Of a stretch of 64,000 bases of DNA, positions 27,941-40,385 are shown piece after piece. A program made the position numbers and the translations under genes. The number at the start of each line of letters is the position of its first letter. The first letter of the stretch is position 1. The DNA is taken from the NCBI GenBank assembly GCA_015680685.1, contig MNCI01001903.1:105586-169585 (forward strand), read 5' to 3'. The stretch comes from Gnetum montanum (lineage: Eukaryota > Plantae > Gnetophyta). The notes below the pieces were generated by a model. That model saw nothing but the letters and a program-made list of their open reading frames with translations, was not told the origin of the DNA and did no database searches.

Positions 27941-28788
27941 ATAACAAAGAAAATAGAAAAAATGCATTACATATCCTCCCAATCCTAGTTGTAGCTTAGA
28001 GCAGCTATGGCAGCGATGATGATTCCTACCCACAGCAAGCCATCCTCAAAGCCCAAGAACCCAAAACACATAAGAAAATAGAGAAAGAAAATCACAAGGG
28101 TAGAGTGTAGCATCTTCCCTAGCTGATGGCATCTCTCGATGATCCTCAATGCGCATCCTGGGAAGGCGTCTCAAGGTATGGTCTCCTTCATCTACATCAA
28201 TAAGGCCAGGGTGTTTTCATTCACTTTAGCGCATCATGTTTGGTTGCTATGCTCTAGCTTCCTCCTTTTCACGCTCTAGCTTCCCTCTATCACTGCTACG
28301 CTATGCCTTCACCATGCTATGCTTGGATGATTGTTGGCCTTGACATTGAAAATGACAATTTTACAATGGTAAAACCCCTATTTATACCCTTCAAGGTTAA
28401 AGGACACATCACCTTCCTAGGATTTTCCATGTCTTGCACTAATGTGTCCTGCGCATAACGTAGGACAAGTGTAGCACCTAGAGTTAGAAAAATTTTGCAA
28501 CTTTTCCAACTTCCTATACTTAGAAAATGTTTTGCATTTTTTTATTGTTCAATAAACATCTAGCTTGGTCCCACATTTCAAACCTCTCAAGCCTTACTTA
28601 AATCTATGCCTCACACATAAACTATGGTCTGCTACGACCTTAAACTGGCAATTTTATGGCCAATTGAGGCCTCAATAAATTACTTTGCATATTGCATAGT
28701 TAGTTAAATTTTCATGACATTATCTTCCTTATTTTATGCATTTTTCTTTATTAAGATAGGCGTCTCTTGATGTTTTTTGTTGTTTTAG

Positions 28789-31700
28789 AAGATCTCTTGA
28801 ATAAGGTTGCAAAAATGAATGCATTTTCCCTTAGTCTTGACTAGACCTTATGGTGGTTCCATGAGATACATAAACACTAAACTCCTGGACTTCGATCCAT
28901 TCACGTATGACGCAAATGTAGCATTCCTAGAGACATTGCTAGACTAGCTAGACCATATAGTTAGAGCTCTAGACTTAAAAGCAAGTGATGTAACTGAGGA
29001 TCCCCTCATAGAAGTCCTTGTAATAACATGTAAAGGTGAGGTGAAAACATTGAAACTTAGTTCCTTATTAGAGCCTCAAATCAAACAAAACATCTCTAAA
29101 GTCCTTAGTGATAATGTCAAGGCATTCGTGTGGTCCTACGAGGACATGTTGGGCTTAGACCCTCACATAATACAACACGACATTATTCTCGATCCTCGTG
29201 TAAAACCAATTAAACAAAAAGCTCATAAAGTCAAGCCTAAGGTGGCATTGGCTATTCACGATGAGATTACTAAGCTTTATTACTAAGATTTACAAAGCTA
29301 GTTTCAACTGAGTAGTTGACTATATCAACTGGGTCTCAAACGTTGTAGTTGTTCCCAAGAAAAATGGAAGTATAGGCATTTGCATAGAATTTTGGGACCT
29401 AAATAAGGCCACCATTAAGGATGATTTCCCATTGTGTAGTATTGATCAACTCATTGGTATGATAGCTAGTCATGCCTTATTGTCCTTTATGGATCGGTTC
29501 TTAGGGTACAACCAAATCCGAATCAACCCAGAGCACCAACTTAGCACTACTTTCATGGCCCCCTGGGGTACATTTTGCTATAGAATGATGTCCTTTGGAC
29601 TAAAGAATGTAGGAGCAACCTACCAATGTGCGATGACGTATATCTTTAGTGACTATCTATTAGACTTGCTCAATGACTACATTGACGATATAGCAATTAA
29701 GTTCAAAGTAACTCATGACCATGTAGATGACTTTGACCACATCCTCAAATGTTGCCTTAGACATGACCTTAGGCTAAATCCCAAAAAGTGTTTCTTTGGC
29801 ATCAAAACTAGTCACATATTAGGCTTTGTAGTATTAAAAGCAAGCATACACATAGACCCTGACAAGGTTAAGCCTATCACCAAGTTAGCGCCACTAGAAA
29901 ACCTTAAGCAGCTACACAGGTTACAAGGAAAACTACAATTCATACGTAGGTTTATCGCAAGGTTGACTGACAAGTTGCAGACAATGCAACATTTGCTTAG
30001 AAAAAGGATTCACTTTGAGTGGAAAGCTCAATGCCAAGAGGCATTTGACAACCTAAAAAAGGAGCTGGCTTAACTTCCAATAGTCTACCATCCACAAAGA
30101 GATAAATTGTTCTATATTTACCTTGCAACTTTTGATAGTCCATGGATTGGAGGTCCCTATTTACTACTTAAGCCATGCACTAGTAACCCATGAGGCAAAA
30201 TACAATGATGTGGAGAAGAACTATCTTGCCTTAGTCTTTGCACTCAACAAGTGGAGACACTACCTTTTCCACAATCAAGTTAATGTCATTTGCAAAAGTA
30301 ACGTATACGAAAGTAGTCAAATAGTGCAATGGAAGGCAATAACCATAGAGTTTGACCTACACTATATAGCGCAAGAATCTACAAAAGGCCAAGCAATAGC
30401 CACACAACTCATGACTTCACTTATAGATGATCAAGCAACAATAGATCCAAAATTTTTCAAGGAGCATGTCAAAAAAATAAGTCAAGTACCTACAAACTTC
30501 AAGGCAGTTTTGCACTTTGATGGTGCTTCAACCATACAAGGTAGTAGTGCCACTGTTGTTATCACATTCCCCTCTAGGGAGATCTAACCTTTCACATATC
30601 ACTTCACATTTCCTTGTACAAACAATGTGCCGGAGTATGAAGGTCTCCTTAGAGGTGTTTTAGCAATTCAAGAGTTAGGAATCCAAAACATAGCAGTCTG
30701 AGGTGATTTGTAGCTAGTCATCAACTAAGTCATAGAGGTTTACGCTTGTAAGACACAACATCTATAAACTTATTATGATTTGGCTAAACAATTTCTCAAA
30801 AAATTTGCAATTGTAGATGTTCAACACATCCCCCATAATGAAAATGCCATAGCTAATGCATTAGCTACTTTAGCCTTAAGCATAGCACCAAACATGTTTT
30901 CTGCCTTACTTACTTCAATAGTGGATTGCACTGAACCTATAACTCAAACAACAAGCATCACATCCATAGGCACAGCTCATGCCCAAGAGTGGTATTATGA
31001 TGTTAAGCCATACCTCCAATAGGGAGAGCCTCCACAAAATCTAACCTCTACCCAAAAGGACATGATGCGACGCTATCACAGCAGTGTGTCCTTGTAGGTG
31101 ACAACACATTGTGTTGTAGATCCTATGATGGAATACTATTAACTTGCATTAACGGTAGTGAAGCGCAAAAGATCATTGACCAAGTCCATGAGGGACTATG
31201 TGGAGGTCATATAGCCCATAGGGAAATGGTAGCCAAAATTAGATCGCTAGGCTACTAGTGGCCTTACATAGAGCATGATTGCATCTCCAAGGTCAAGACA
31301 TGTGACGTGTGTTAGTGACATGATAACTTAATGTATGTGCCACCCCCTAAATTTCATGCTACATAGATCATGTGGCCATTCCAATGTTTGGCATTAGATA
31401 GCATAGGGCCTATAACACCTAAGTCTTCTGCAATACATAGCTTCATCATCACCACAATTGAATATTTCACAAAATGGGTTGAAGCCATTCCCATTAGTAA
31501 GACAACATCACATAAAGTTTGCAAATTCATTCTTGATAACATAGTGATCCAATTTGGTCTTCCCATGACTATAGTCATAGACAATGGGCCAAAATTCAGT
31601 AGTGCAAAAACAAAAACCTTTTGCAAAAAAATTTGGCATTAAACATTCCTTCTCGTCACTGTACTACCCACAGGAAAATGGTTAGGTGAAGGCTATAAAC

Positions 31701-32231
31701 AAGGTCATTGTCAACCTTCTGAAGAGGATGCTCAACAATAGCAAGTGATGATGGCATCAACAACTAGTCTACATGCTATGGACCCACTGTACAGCATGCA
31801 AAACAACAACAAGTAAGATGCCCTATAGTCTTGTGTACGAATCTAAAGCAATGTTGCCTCTTAAATTATAGGTCCCATCGCTCCGCATGATCCTCTCAAG
31901 CTTTATTGACGAGGTTCAAAATAACGAGTTGAGAACTATTGACCTTGACTCTATAGAGAAGGAGTGCATGCAAACACTTGATTGCATCAAGTGGCACCAA
32001 GAAAAGCAACAACAAAAGCACCATCACAATCAACATCAACGCCCAATCAAGAATGGGGATCTGGTCCTCAAGGTCATTCATGAGCCTATGGAAAAATTCT
32101 CAACCAATTGGGAAGGACTTTTCTTGGTCATAAAGTTGTACAATAATGGAGCCATCAAGCTTGCTAATCTAGATGATAATCAGTCTGCCAATCCTATAAA
32201 CCTCTCATACTTAAAGTTGTACTACACCTAG
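28789..32231 (+). pseudogene. Element C pol: RT, RNase H, additional archaeal-type RNase H and integrase (decayed)
   Basis: RT: LSFMDRFLGYNQI, MSFGLKNVGATYQ, YIDD. RH: IYYLSHAL..EKNYLALVFAL. aRH: LHFDGAS, TNNVPEYEGLL, ENAIANALA. INT: WPFQCLALDSIGP, EYFTKWVEAIP, DNGPKF, WEGLF. Confidence 0.95.
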
Positions 32232-32269
32232 TATGCAGTTTTGTGCCAACAACAAAAGCAAGGTAAGTG

Positions 32270-32550
32270 GACATCCACTATGATGTTAAAATAGCACAGA
32301 CATCTACTATGATGTTAAACTAGCACAGAGCATCCTTGGGCTATGACACTAAACTGGCACCCACAGCATGGTCCACTATGATCTTAAACTGGCCATCCAC
32401 CATCCACTACGACGTTAAACTAGCACAGTGGTCTACTAGGACCTTAAATTAGCATAACATGGTCTACCCATACCTTAAACTAGGTTCATAGTCTACTAGG
32501 ACCTTAAACTAGCACAACATGTAGTCTACCAAGACCTAAAACTAGGTTCG
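32270..32550 (+). repeat. Array of 9 hairpin/pseudoknot-like units (GTC-YRCTAS-GAC-STTAAACTRGCA) after the integrase stop of element C
   Basis: Conserved ~25-nt core with short variable spacers, read directly. Confidence 0.85.
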
Positions 32551-34061
32551 TAGTTCAGCATCCATAATTCAATGCACATAGTTCTATAGACAAGCAAGTG
32601 AGAATACTTTCAATCCTTCATCGCCTACCCACATCTCCTGGGTAGGATGGGGTGGGACATTGCAGTTCTAGAATGAAGTTCACATCATCAAGCAAAAACC
32701 CTCTAGAGCATTTGTAGTGTCATTGTCCTCGACATCTTGTTGACCTTTTGGCATCTTGCTGACCTTTCAAAGCTACAACCACCATCATCACCAATCATCT
32801 TGGTCAGAGCTCTCACCATGAGCATCACTCACTAGAGAACCAGTGTTATTGTGGCCTAGCCATAGCATAATCATCCTCCAGCACTGACTATTGCCTGAGC
32901 CTAGAAGAGCATCTAGCGGCATGGCTCCCTACCCTACGGTCGAGTTTCCTTGCTCTTGCCTTTGGTGAGAACTCTTGAGCACCTGCATCACTATTCCCTC
33001 TAGCCACTTGGGTGCTCACTTCTGGTGTGGCTACCAGAGCTTTTGGAGTTGACTACCATTACACTTTCATTGGCCTTCCTACTTTGGACATTGCATGCAC
33101 CTATAACTAACATAGCATTCGCGTCCCTTACAATGTCCTCACAAATAGGATTTCACCTTCATCTCAAGAGGTTGTTTTTTTTCTTGTTTTCTTTGTGTTG
33201 CATTTGCAAAATGAAGCCTCGATGGCATCGTTCAAGGATGTGTTTCATTACAATGGAAAGGTACTGCATTGCTCCAATGTGTTCGCTTTGGTGCACTAAG
33301 CTATTTAAGAGTGCATGTCCCTACCATTCCTCTAGCTAACTAACCTCTACCTCTTGATCTTGCAATCTCCTACACCCCTTGGAAGCTTCCCCAATGCACA
33401 TGAAACCTTTCTTACAGTCAAATACTAAACCCATGATGGGCATAACGCAACTCATCCTAGAGAGGAAACACCTATCCTATAGATGTGATGTGGTTTCTTC
33501 TAAGAAAATGTTGAATGACGTGTAGTTCGCTTGACAACACAAAAGAAAGAAAAAGAAAAAAAGAAAAGAGAAAGCATACAAAAAAGAAGAAGAACAAAAT
33601 CAAAACAAAAAGAAAAAATAAAGAAGAAAAAAAGGAAAATGGAACAAGCTAAGTGCCCAAGTAAAATGGCATAGTTGCCATTTCACAACTGGTTCGACAT
33701 GGATCGACCATCTCACAAGCACTTCGACAAGAGGTCAAAATCCTAAGGGTAGGCAACCTCTGCATGCTAACTTCCTCATAAGCACTCTAATGAGGGATCA
33801 TGCTTTGGCAAGAAGCCATTATAATGCTACATCATATACCTCCATCGTACTAGTGAACATCCTCTCCATCCGTTATCCCTTGACCCATCTCCCTAACCTA
33901 TTCTCCACCATACTTCATTTCCTTAGCACTCTCAAGCATAGTGAAGCATTATCTAATCAGGCACTGATGAGCAATGTTGGTATCATGTTCATTGTGGTGT
34001 TTCGTATTCTTTTTCAACGTCTCTCAGGTCAATCCTCCAGATGTCAACAAAGAGGAGCCAA

Positions 34062-35918
34062 TGAAACACCATCAATTTTGGGCTTTTGTAATTCAATGGA
34101 AAATTTGTCTAAGTGTCAAAACTCGAGAAAATTTTTCAAAGTCTGGTGCTATGCTCTATAGTGTAGATAGCATAGAACAACTGAGTGCTATTTTTTTTGC
34201 AAAAAATTTTATAAGTGTCCTGCTACAATCCCCAAAGTAGCCAATATAGCACACATTCCCATGGCTAGTCTACACAAGTGTCAAGCTAGATGTGGTCAAG
34301 GATTGCTTGGGATGGACCAAACAGTTTGGCAAATTTTCTATCTCTTAAGTTATCAAGCTTGCTACACTCCCTAGCATGCCTAGCTTGACACATCCTAGTT
34401 GCCAATTTGTCCAAGAACTAGGCTAGAGTCTATTAAAAGTTCTTAGAATGGATGAAATAGTTTGGCAAGTTTTCCACATTTCAGGGTGCTATGCTCTACA
34501 GTGTAGTGAGTGTGACCCAGGTTTTAGTGCCCAATTTTGCCTAAGTGTTGGATAAGGATCTATCAAGCTAGTTTGATGTGGAAGATGCATTTGGCATATT
34601 TTTTGACTTTTGAGGCTACCTACCTACTACACCTCAAAGCGTGGTCAGCATGCCATGAAGGAACATTAAATATTTCATTAAAATTTATCAAAATGTCCCT
34701 ACTATGCTATGCAGCATAGCTAGCATGACCAATGTGTCAATTCAAAATTTGCAAAATTTCACTAAGTGTTCTTGCTATGCTCTGCTACGTTGTGTAGCAT
34801 AGCCAGCTTAACACTAAGAAAATGCCTCTGAAAGCCTCCAAAAGCCTCTAGAACTTGGCATCAACCTTCATCTTAGCTTTGACATCCATCCAATAGCCAA
34901 TTTTAGTAGCTTGCATTTCCCCATTAATCCTCAAAATTGTCCCTATGCTTGACCCTACTCAAAAGAGGGGGAAGATGTAGTCCCGAAGCATAGTCTCCAA
35001 GTTGCATTGTTGTGATACTATTTGCAGGAACATTGCAATTTCTCATACTCTAGCACATGTAGTCTAGGTAGTGTGGTCATGGTTCGGTAGTCTCTGGGTA
35101 CTCATTGTTGTCTTACAAAGCGTAACATTTTGCTACAAAGAGTGTAACATGTTAGCGTAACCCTATCTATGGTCATGCCACGTGGCACCTAGGCCATGTG
35201 GTGATCAATCTATGTTTCATGTTAAAAATAGTTCTATAAATACCTTGATGTTTAGCACTTTAGGGGTTGGAAAATTAGAAGAGCATTGAACATTTGAGCA
35301 TTTCAAGCATCTGTCACTCCTGCACTTGAGCACTTGAGCTTCAAACCTTGGCAAGTATCGCAATGCAATCCACCATTGCACCCACAAAGCATGATGACAA
35401 TCCCTTTCAACTACTAGCACTACGTCCTATACATCCCAGAGGTTGTGACACACTACTACACTACCATTGTGCCTATCTAACGCCACATGCCATTTTCACC
35501 TCTTGTTTAAGAAAAAGTTATGCTCCCCATTTTTTGGGCAATGCTTTTCTTTACTCTCAAACTTTTGTTCCATTTCCTTTCTGAGCATTTGTTTCTAATA
35601 TTAAGCATAAATTTTTAATTTCGCCATTATTAATATATGTTTGCATGCTCACGTCACTATTTTTGGATTGGGACCTTCTGCTAGGCCTTGCTTGTTGTCC
35701 ATGTGCCTACACGTAATGCTTCATAAACCTTTATCACAAATGGTTATTTTAACACCACTTAAGTCCCTGTCTAATTGACTAGATCATTTATGGAACCTCA
35801 TTTTTGTTTCCCCAACATGACCCTTGCACAAATTTAGGGTTAGGTTGTACACCTGCAAATGGGTTAGTTCACTCATGATCATGATGTTTTTTGGCCATTG
35901 ATGTTTTTGGACATCATA
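34062..35918 (+). repeat. 3' LTR of element C
   Basis: Starts TGAAACACC after the PPT; colinear with 17001-18863. Confidence 0.92.
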
Positions 35919-35923
35919 GTAAG

Positions 35924-38400
35924 TGGGTTAGTTCACTCATGATCATGCCCAAGAAAGGAGGCAAATGGTAGGTGTGCATCAACTTCTAGTTGCTAAATAT
36001 GGTAACTTTCAAAGATCATTTTCCATTGTCGTTTATTGACCAAGTTCTAGACACCATTTTTGAGCATAGCTACTACAGCTTTTTGCATGCTTATTCGGAT
36101 TGCACCCAAGGACCAAGAAAATACAACTTTCACAAGTCCTTGGGGAACTTTTTCTTATCATAAAATGCCATTTGATTATGTAATTCCCTAACTACATTCC
36201 AATGATTAGTCCTTCAAATTTTCCAATAACAAATTTGTAGTGGGGTAGAAGTCTTCATGGATGACTTTTCTACGTATAGAGCTACATTCAAGCAAGCCCT
36301 AGACCGTCTTGAGAAGGTGTTGAGGAGATGTGTTGAAACAAACCTCCAGCTCAATTGGCAAAAGATCCATCTTATGGTCTAGGAAGGCATAGTCTTGGGG
36401 CACTGGATCTCAAAAGTAGGAATCGAGGGGGACCCTAATAGCTCATCAACTAGAAATAGTTAAAGAAGTGTGGTCATTCCTTGGTCATACTGGCTACTAC
36501 ATGCACTTCATTGAGAATTCTTCCAAAATCACCAAGCCATTGGTTGAATTAACAAAGAAGGATGTACCATATGTCTAGCCCTTGCATGTGAAATCGCATT
36601 TCAACAACTGAAGTAGAAGCTTGTTGAAACCCTAATTCTACAAGCACCTACTTAGTTCAGGCCATTTCATGTGATGATCAATGCATCAAATTATGCTTTG
36701 GGGGTAGTTCTTACATAGCTGGATGATCAAAAACATCCATATTACATTCACTACGCAAGCTGAAGTATCATAGGTGCATAGTTGAACTACACCACTACAG
36801 AAAAGGAGTTGATGCCAGTGGTGTTTACCTTAGAAAAGTTTAGGTACTATGTGCTTGGTTATAAAGTGTTCGTGCACACAGATCATAGTACCATTTGGCT
36901 TTTAATGAATAAACCAATGGTCAGCCCTTGTGTGATATAGTGGCTTGTGATTTTACAAGAGTTTGATCTCACAATGTTAGATCGAAAGGATGTGAAAAAT
37001 GTAGTCACTGATCACTTATCATGACTAAGATGGGATGGCAAGGAGAAAGAGAGCCCCTTATCTGATCAATTTCCTAATGACTATCTTCTTGTAGGGGCTA
37101 TTAATGTACAAATTCCCAATGAACTAAGTGGTATGAAACCATTCTTACTTATTTTCTCAAGCAAGAACTGCAGCAAGGTTTGGACACTTGGAATAAACAA
37201 TAGTTTCTTTACTAGGTTAAGCATTTCATGGAAATCAATGGAAACCTTTACAAAGTATGTCCTAACGGCTTGGTACACTAGTGTGTTCTTGACATAGATA
37301 AATTTTTCATTCTCCAAGACACTCAAGAAGGCCCTTGTGGAAGCCATTATGTTGGGAGATGCATGACCATAAAAATCCTCATGGAAGGATATTACTAGCC
37401 AACAATCTTTAGGGATGCACACTAGTTCCTCCCCGCTTGTGATCATTGTCAAAGAGATGGTGGAATGACTACTCAAATGGAGGGGCCATAGTAATGGATT
37501 CAACCTCTCAAACCATTTGATATTTGGGGCATTGACTTTATGGATCCCATCGCAGCTTTGTCAAATGGAAAGACATACATAATAGTTGCAGTTGACTATT
37601 GCACTAAGTCAGCAAATGCAGTAGCCATCATCGACTATACATCCACTACTACTACTCAGTTTGTACAACAGAATATCATAAATAGGTTTTGTGTGCCTCA
37701 TGCATTAATTTTTGACAATGAAACTTATTTCATAGGTGCCACTTTCCGAAAACTTAGGCAGTGCCTGGGGGTTGAGCACAAACTCATAACACCTTATCAC
37801 CCTCAAGCCAATGGTCAAGCTGAAGTCACTAATTGAGAGATTATGAAAATTCTAACATGTAATATTAGAAAGTACTGAAGGGATTGGACCACCAAATTAA
37901 ATGATGCCCTTTGGGCCTCTCGCTCTACATGGAAGTTTCCCATCGGTTATTCTCCCTATGAGCTTGTGTACGGAAAGCTACCAATACTACCCATTCAATT
38001 TGAGTTTCGTACACCTCTATGGCCTATGACCTTGACATGAATTTAATTCTATCACAAAAGGAAAGATTACTGAACCTCAACTTGCTAGATGAAAATCGAT
38101 TAATGGCCCTATCATCCAATGAAATGCATAAGGCATTCAACAAGAAACAACATGACTTCAAAATAAGGAAAGTCAAGTTTCAACCAAGAGACAAGGTTCT
38201 CTACTAGAATCTTGCACACATGCCTCAACAAACCAAATTTCAAACATTTTGGGAAGGAATTTACATTATCGAAGAGACTTTTCCATTTGGGGCCATGATT
38301 ATATATAAACTTAATAGCCTAGATAAGAAGCGATTAGTCACCATCCAACAACTAAAACCTTTCCATGAGAGCAAGCCAACCAACTCAATAGACACCTCAC
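35924..38400 (+). pseudogene. Element B RT (remainder), RNase H and integrase (decayed)
   Basis: KDHFPLSFIDQVL, VEVFMDDFS, NASNYALGVVL, NYTTTEKEL, WGIDFMDP, VAVDYCTK, TPYHPQANGQAE, FWEGIYII. Confidence 0.92.
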
Positions 38401-40385
38401 CAAATGGACAACCATGCTCAATCTTTCGAATCTCCTACTTCCAATTTAGTTATGGGGGAGATGGCCATCCATACTAATACTTTAAGTGACTCCTTAGGCT
38501 TTTGGCTTTTTTTTTTTTTACACATTTTTGGTTTTACAACTTTTGTTTTCATATTCTTTATTTTACATCTTTTTGTTTTTCATGATTATTGATCTTTTCT
38601 AAGTTTTTATTTTACACCATCATTAGCATATTTAATATTTATTGAATACTCTTTTACTTTCTTTTATATTTTCTTGTGTTTGGTGTAATTCTCTACTCTT
38701 TTTGCTGATAAGGTGCTAGATACAATGGTTATGTGCTACTCGTTGTATAGTATGTATCATTTGTGATTTGATTATTGATGTCTAGTTTATAACTTTGAAT
38801 GTCATCACTGATAACCAGGACATGGTTTCTTTTCATGTAATTGGTAGTGAGTCCACATCATCCACCCATCCACACACTCTATGGTTTTCCTTGTTTTGGA
38901 AATGTGCAGTCCCCTTTTTATTAATACAACATTAATAAATTTGTGACTTGTGTAATTTCTAGAATTGGGAAGGAATAAAAAGTTTGGATAGGGTATGAAT
39001 TCAAAGGGATGTGGTATTATTTGTGATTTTCCATTTTCCTATGTGCAGGGGTGTTCTTGTGAGCTTCTCATCATTCTATGTCATTCCACAATAGAAAGTT
39101 GAATAAGTCCTTGCATGGTATGGTCCTCATTAAAAAAAATAATGAGGATTCAAGGCACACCCCTTAAACAAAATAAAAGGGCTATAAGCATTGGTTATGG
39201 GACTTTTCTTGTCTCCTCTAACTAAGGCCCTTTCTCACTTCCTACGTTCTCTCCAATTTGGAATGGTGGTTGTTTTGTGGAAGCATTCTTATGTCTCAGG
39301 AGATGGACTAGTCTTAGAATGTTGATGTGAAGTCAATGAAAGTGGTTGGTTTTGGTTTGGACTGAGGATGGATCTTACCAAGTCATTTAATCACAAACTC
39401 CATAAGGGACTTCATGTGACCATAATTAGAAACTCCATTCCATTCTCTCTCTCATCCATCTATGCTTTTCATGCCTCACCTCACTACCGATTTCATGTTT
39501 TGATTCAATGTTTTGGTTTGATGTGTCAGGTTTCTTAGTCAGTTACTTTTGGGTTTTTTGTACTTAACCTTCTATAATCATTAATGATCCATGGAGCCCA
39601 TGGACTCCTTAGTTTGAAGTTATGCAATGGCATAAAAGGCCTATATCTACTTTGGGAAGGACCCACTTGCATATCTTTTGGTTTGGTTAAGTTAAGTTCT
39701 TTAACCTTAGACATTGATATAATCAAATTCTTTTTATTTACCCCATCAATGCCATCTAGTTGTGCACATCTTCACAAATATTTTGAGTTAATTCCTTCTT
39801 TTTATTGTTTTGAATTTCTATACCCACATTTTAGTATTCCTTGTGTTAAGATTTTTCTAAATTGTATGGACTGCTTCTCTTACTTAACCTATTTTTCAGT
39901 CTTTCCACTAACATTATCAAGTAATCAATCTACCACAATCACAACTTAGCTAGATAAAATCACTGACAAGACAAGGTATTTAACTACTATGTGTTACACT
40001 TTATATACTAATCCTTGATTTTATTGTGATTATAGTGGGAAGCATGGACTGGAAGTGGGACTATCTTTACCAAGGATGATGCAATAATATCACTCATTGG
40101 AGATTGTTCATGACCATTGGATCTCTTCTACCTCTCCCTCATTCTTTTGTTGCCAAGAGGGGTTGGATGTCCTTTGGATCTAAGAGTGTTTTTTTCTATT
40201 TTCATAAACACCCAACCTTGTACACAATTGTAATGATGTATGCTCATGCACTTCTATATTTGTCTGTTTCCTCTGTATCACTCTGCATGTTAATCAAACA
40301 TTCCATGCCTCCTAATATATTTTATAAGGGACTTGTTCCTCTTCTTCTGTACTCAAGGATGAGTTTTCATTCAGTCATGGAGGTA

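Larger units (their letters stand above)
23460..28346 (-). pseudogene. Antisense multi-exon gene of element C: FCP1/NIF-like HAD domain, plant-transposon-type domain, low-complexity region and coiled coil
   Basis: Minus-strand GT..AG introns at 26564-26489, 25140-25064, 24850-24721 and 23659-23563; further donors at 26216 and 24576; acceptors at 27186 and 27012; TATAAATA at 28386-28379 upstream of ATG 28346. Exons align with D (52751-54137) and G (56902-56994). Confidence 0.82.
17001..35918 (+). mobile_element. Element C: full-length Tat-like Ty3/gypsy retrotransposon (18.9 kb) with an antisense spliced gene between PR and RT
   Basis: LTRs 17001-18863 and 34062-35918; TSD GTGAG/GTAAG; PBS 18869-18885; PPT AAAGAGGAG before 34062. 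Removing it restores B's RT (NSE-WVSSLMIMPKKGGKW). Confidence 0.93.

Noticed and set aside
23460-28346. Host gene or independent nested DNA transposon
   Set aside because: Homologous exons sit at the same position and orientation in three diverged elements, and I saw no TIRs or TSD around it.
28626-28650. Pistol or hammerhead ribozyme (hairpin followed by UUAAA; GUC and GAAA elements)
   Set aside because: The loop partner follows immediately after TTAAAC with no room for the other pistol helices, and there is no CUGANGA core. Kept only as an unassigned pseudoknot.
32270-32550. CRISPR array (conserved repeat with variable spacers); also 48341-48666 and 56160-56520
   Set aside because: Repeats are degenerate, spacers are very short and irregular, there are no cas genes, and the context is a plant retrotransposon UTR.
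32640-33340. Possible env-like or extra sense ORF in the 3' UTR of C (weak LxEL..LLW[ST]L similarity to D 47873-48103)
   Set aside because: Similarity is too short and the frames too broken to support a coding call by eye.
33790-34240. ORFs with apparent protein similarity to 46916-47384
   Set aside because: Similarity comes from the conserved PPT hairpin and LTR start and appears in several frames.
37081-37503. 140-aa minus-strand ORF, and similar shadow ORFs over pol regions
   Set aside because: Antisense shadow of decayed integrase coding sequence with no independent signals.
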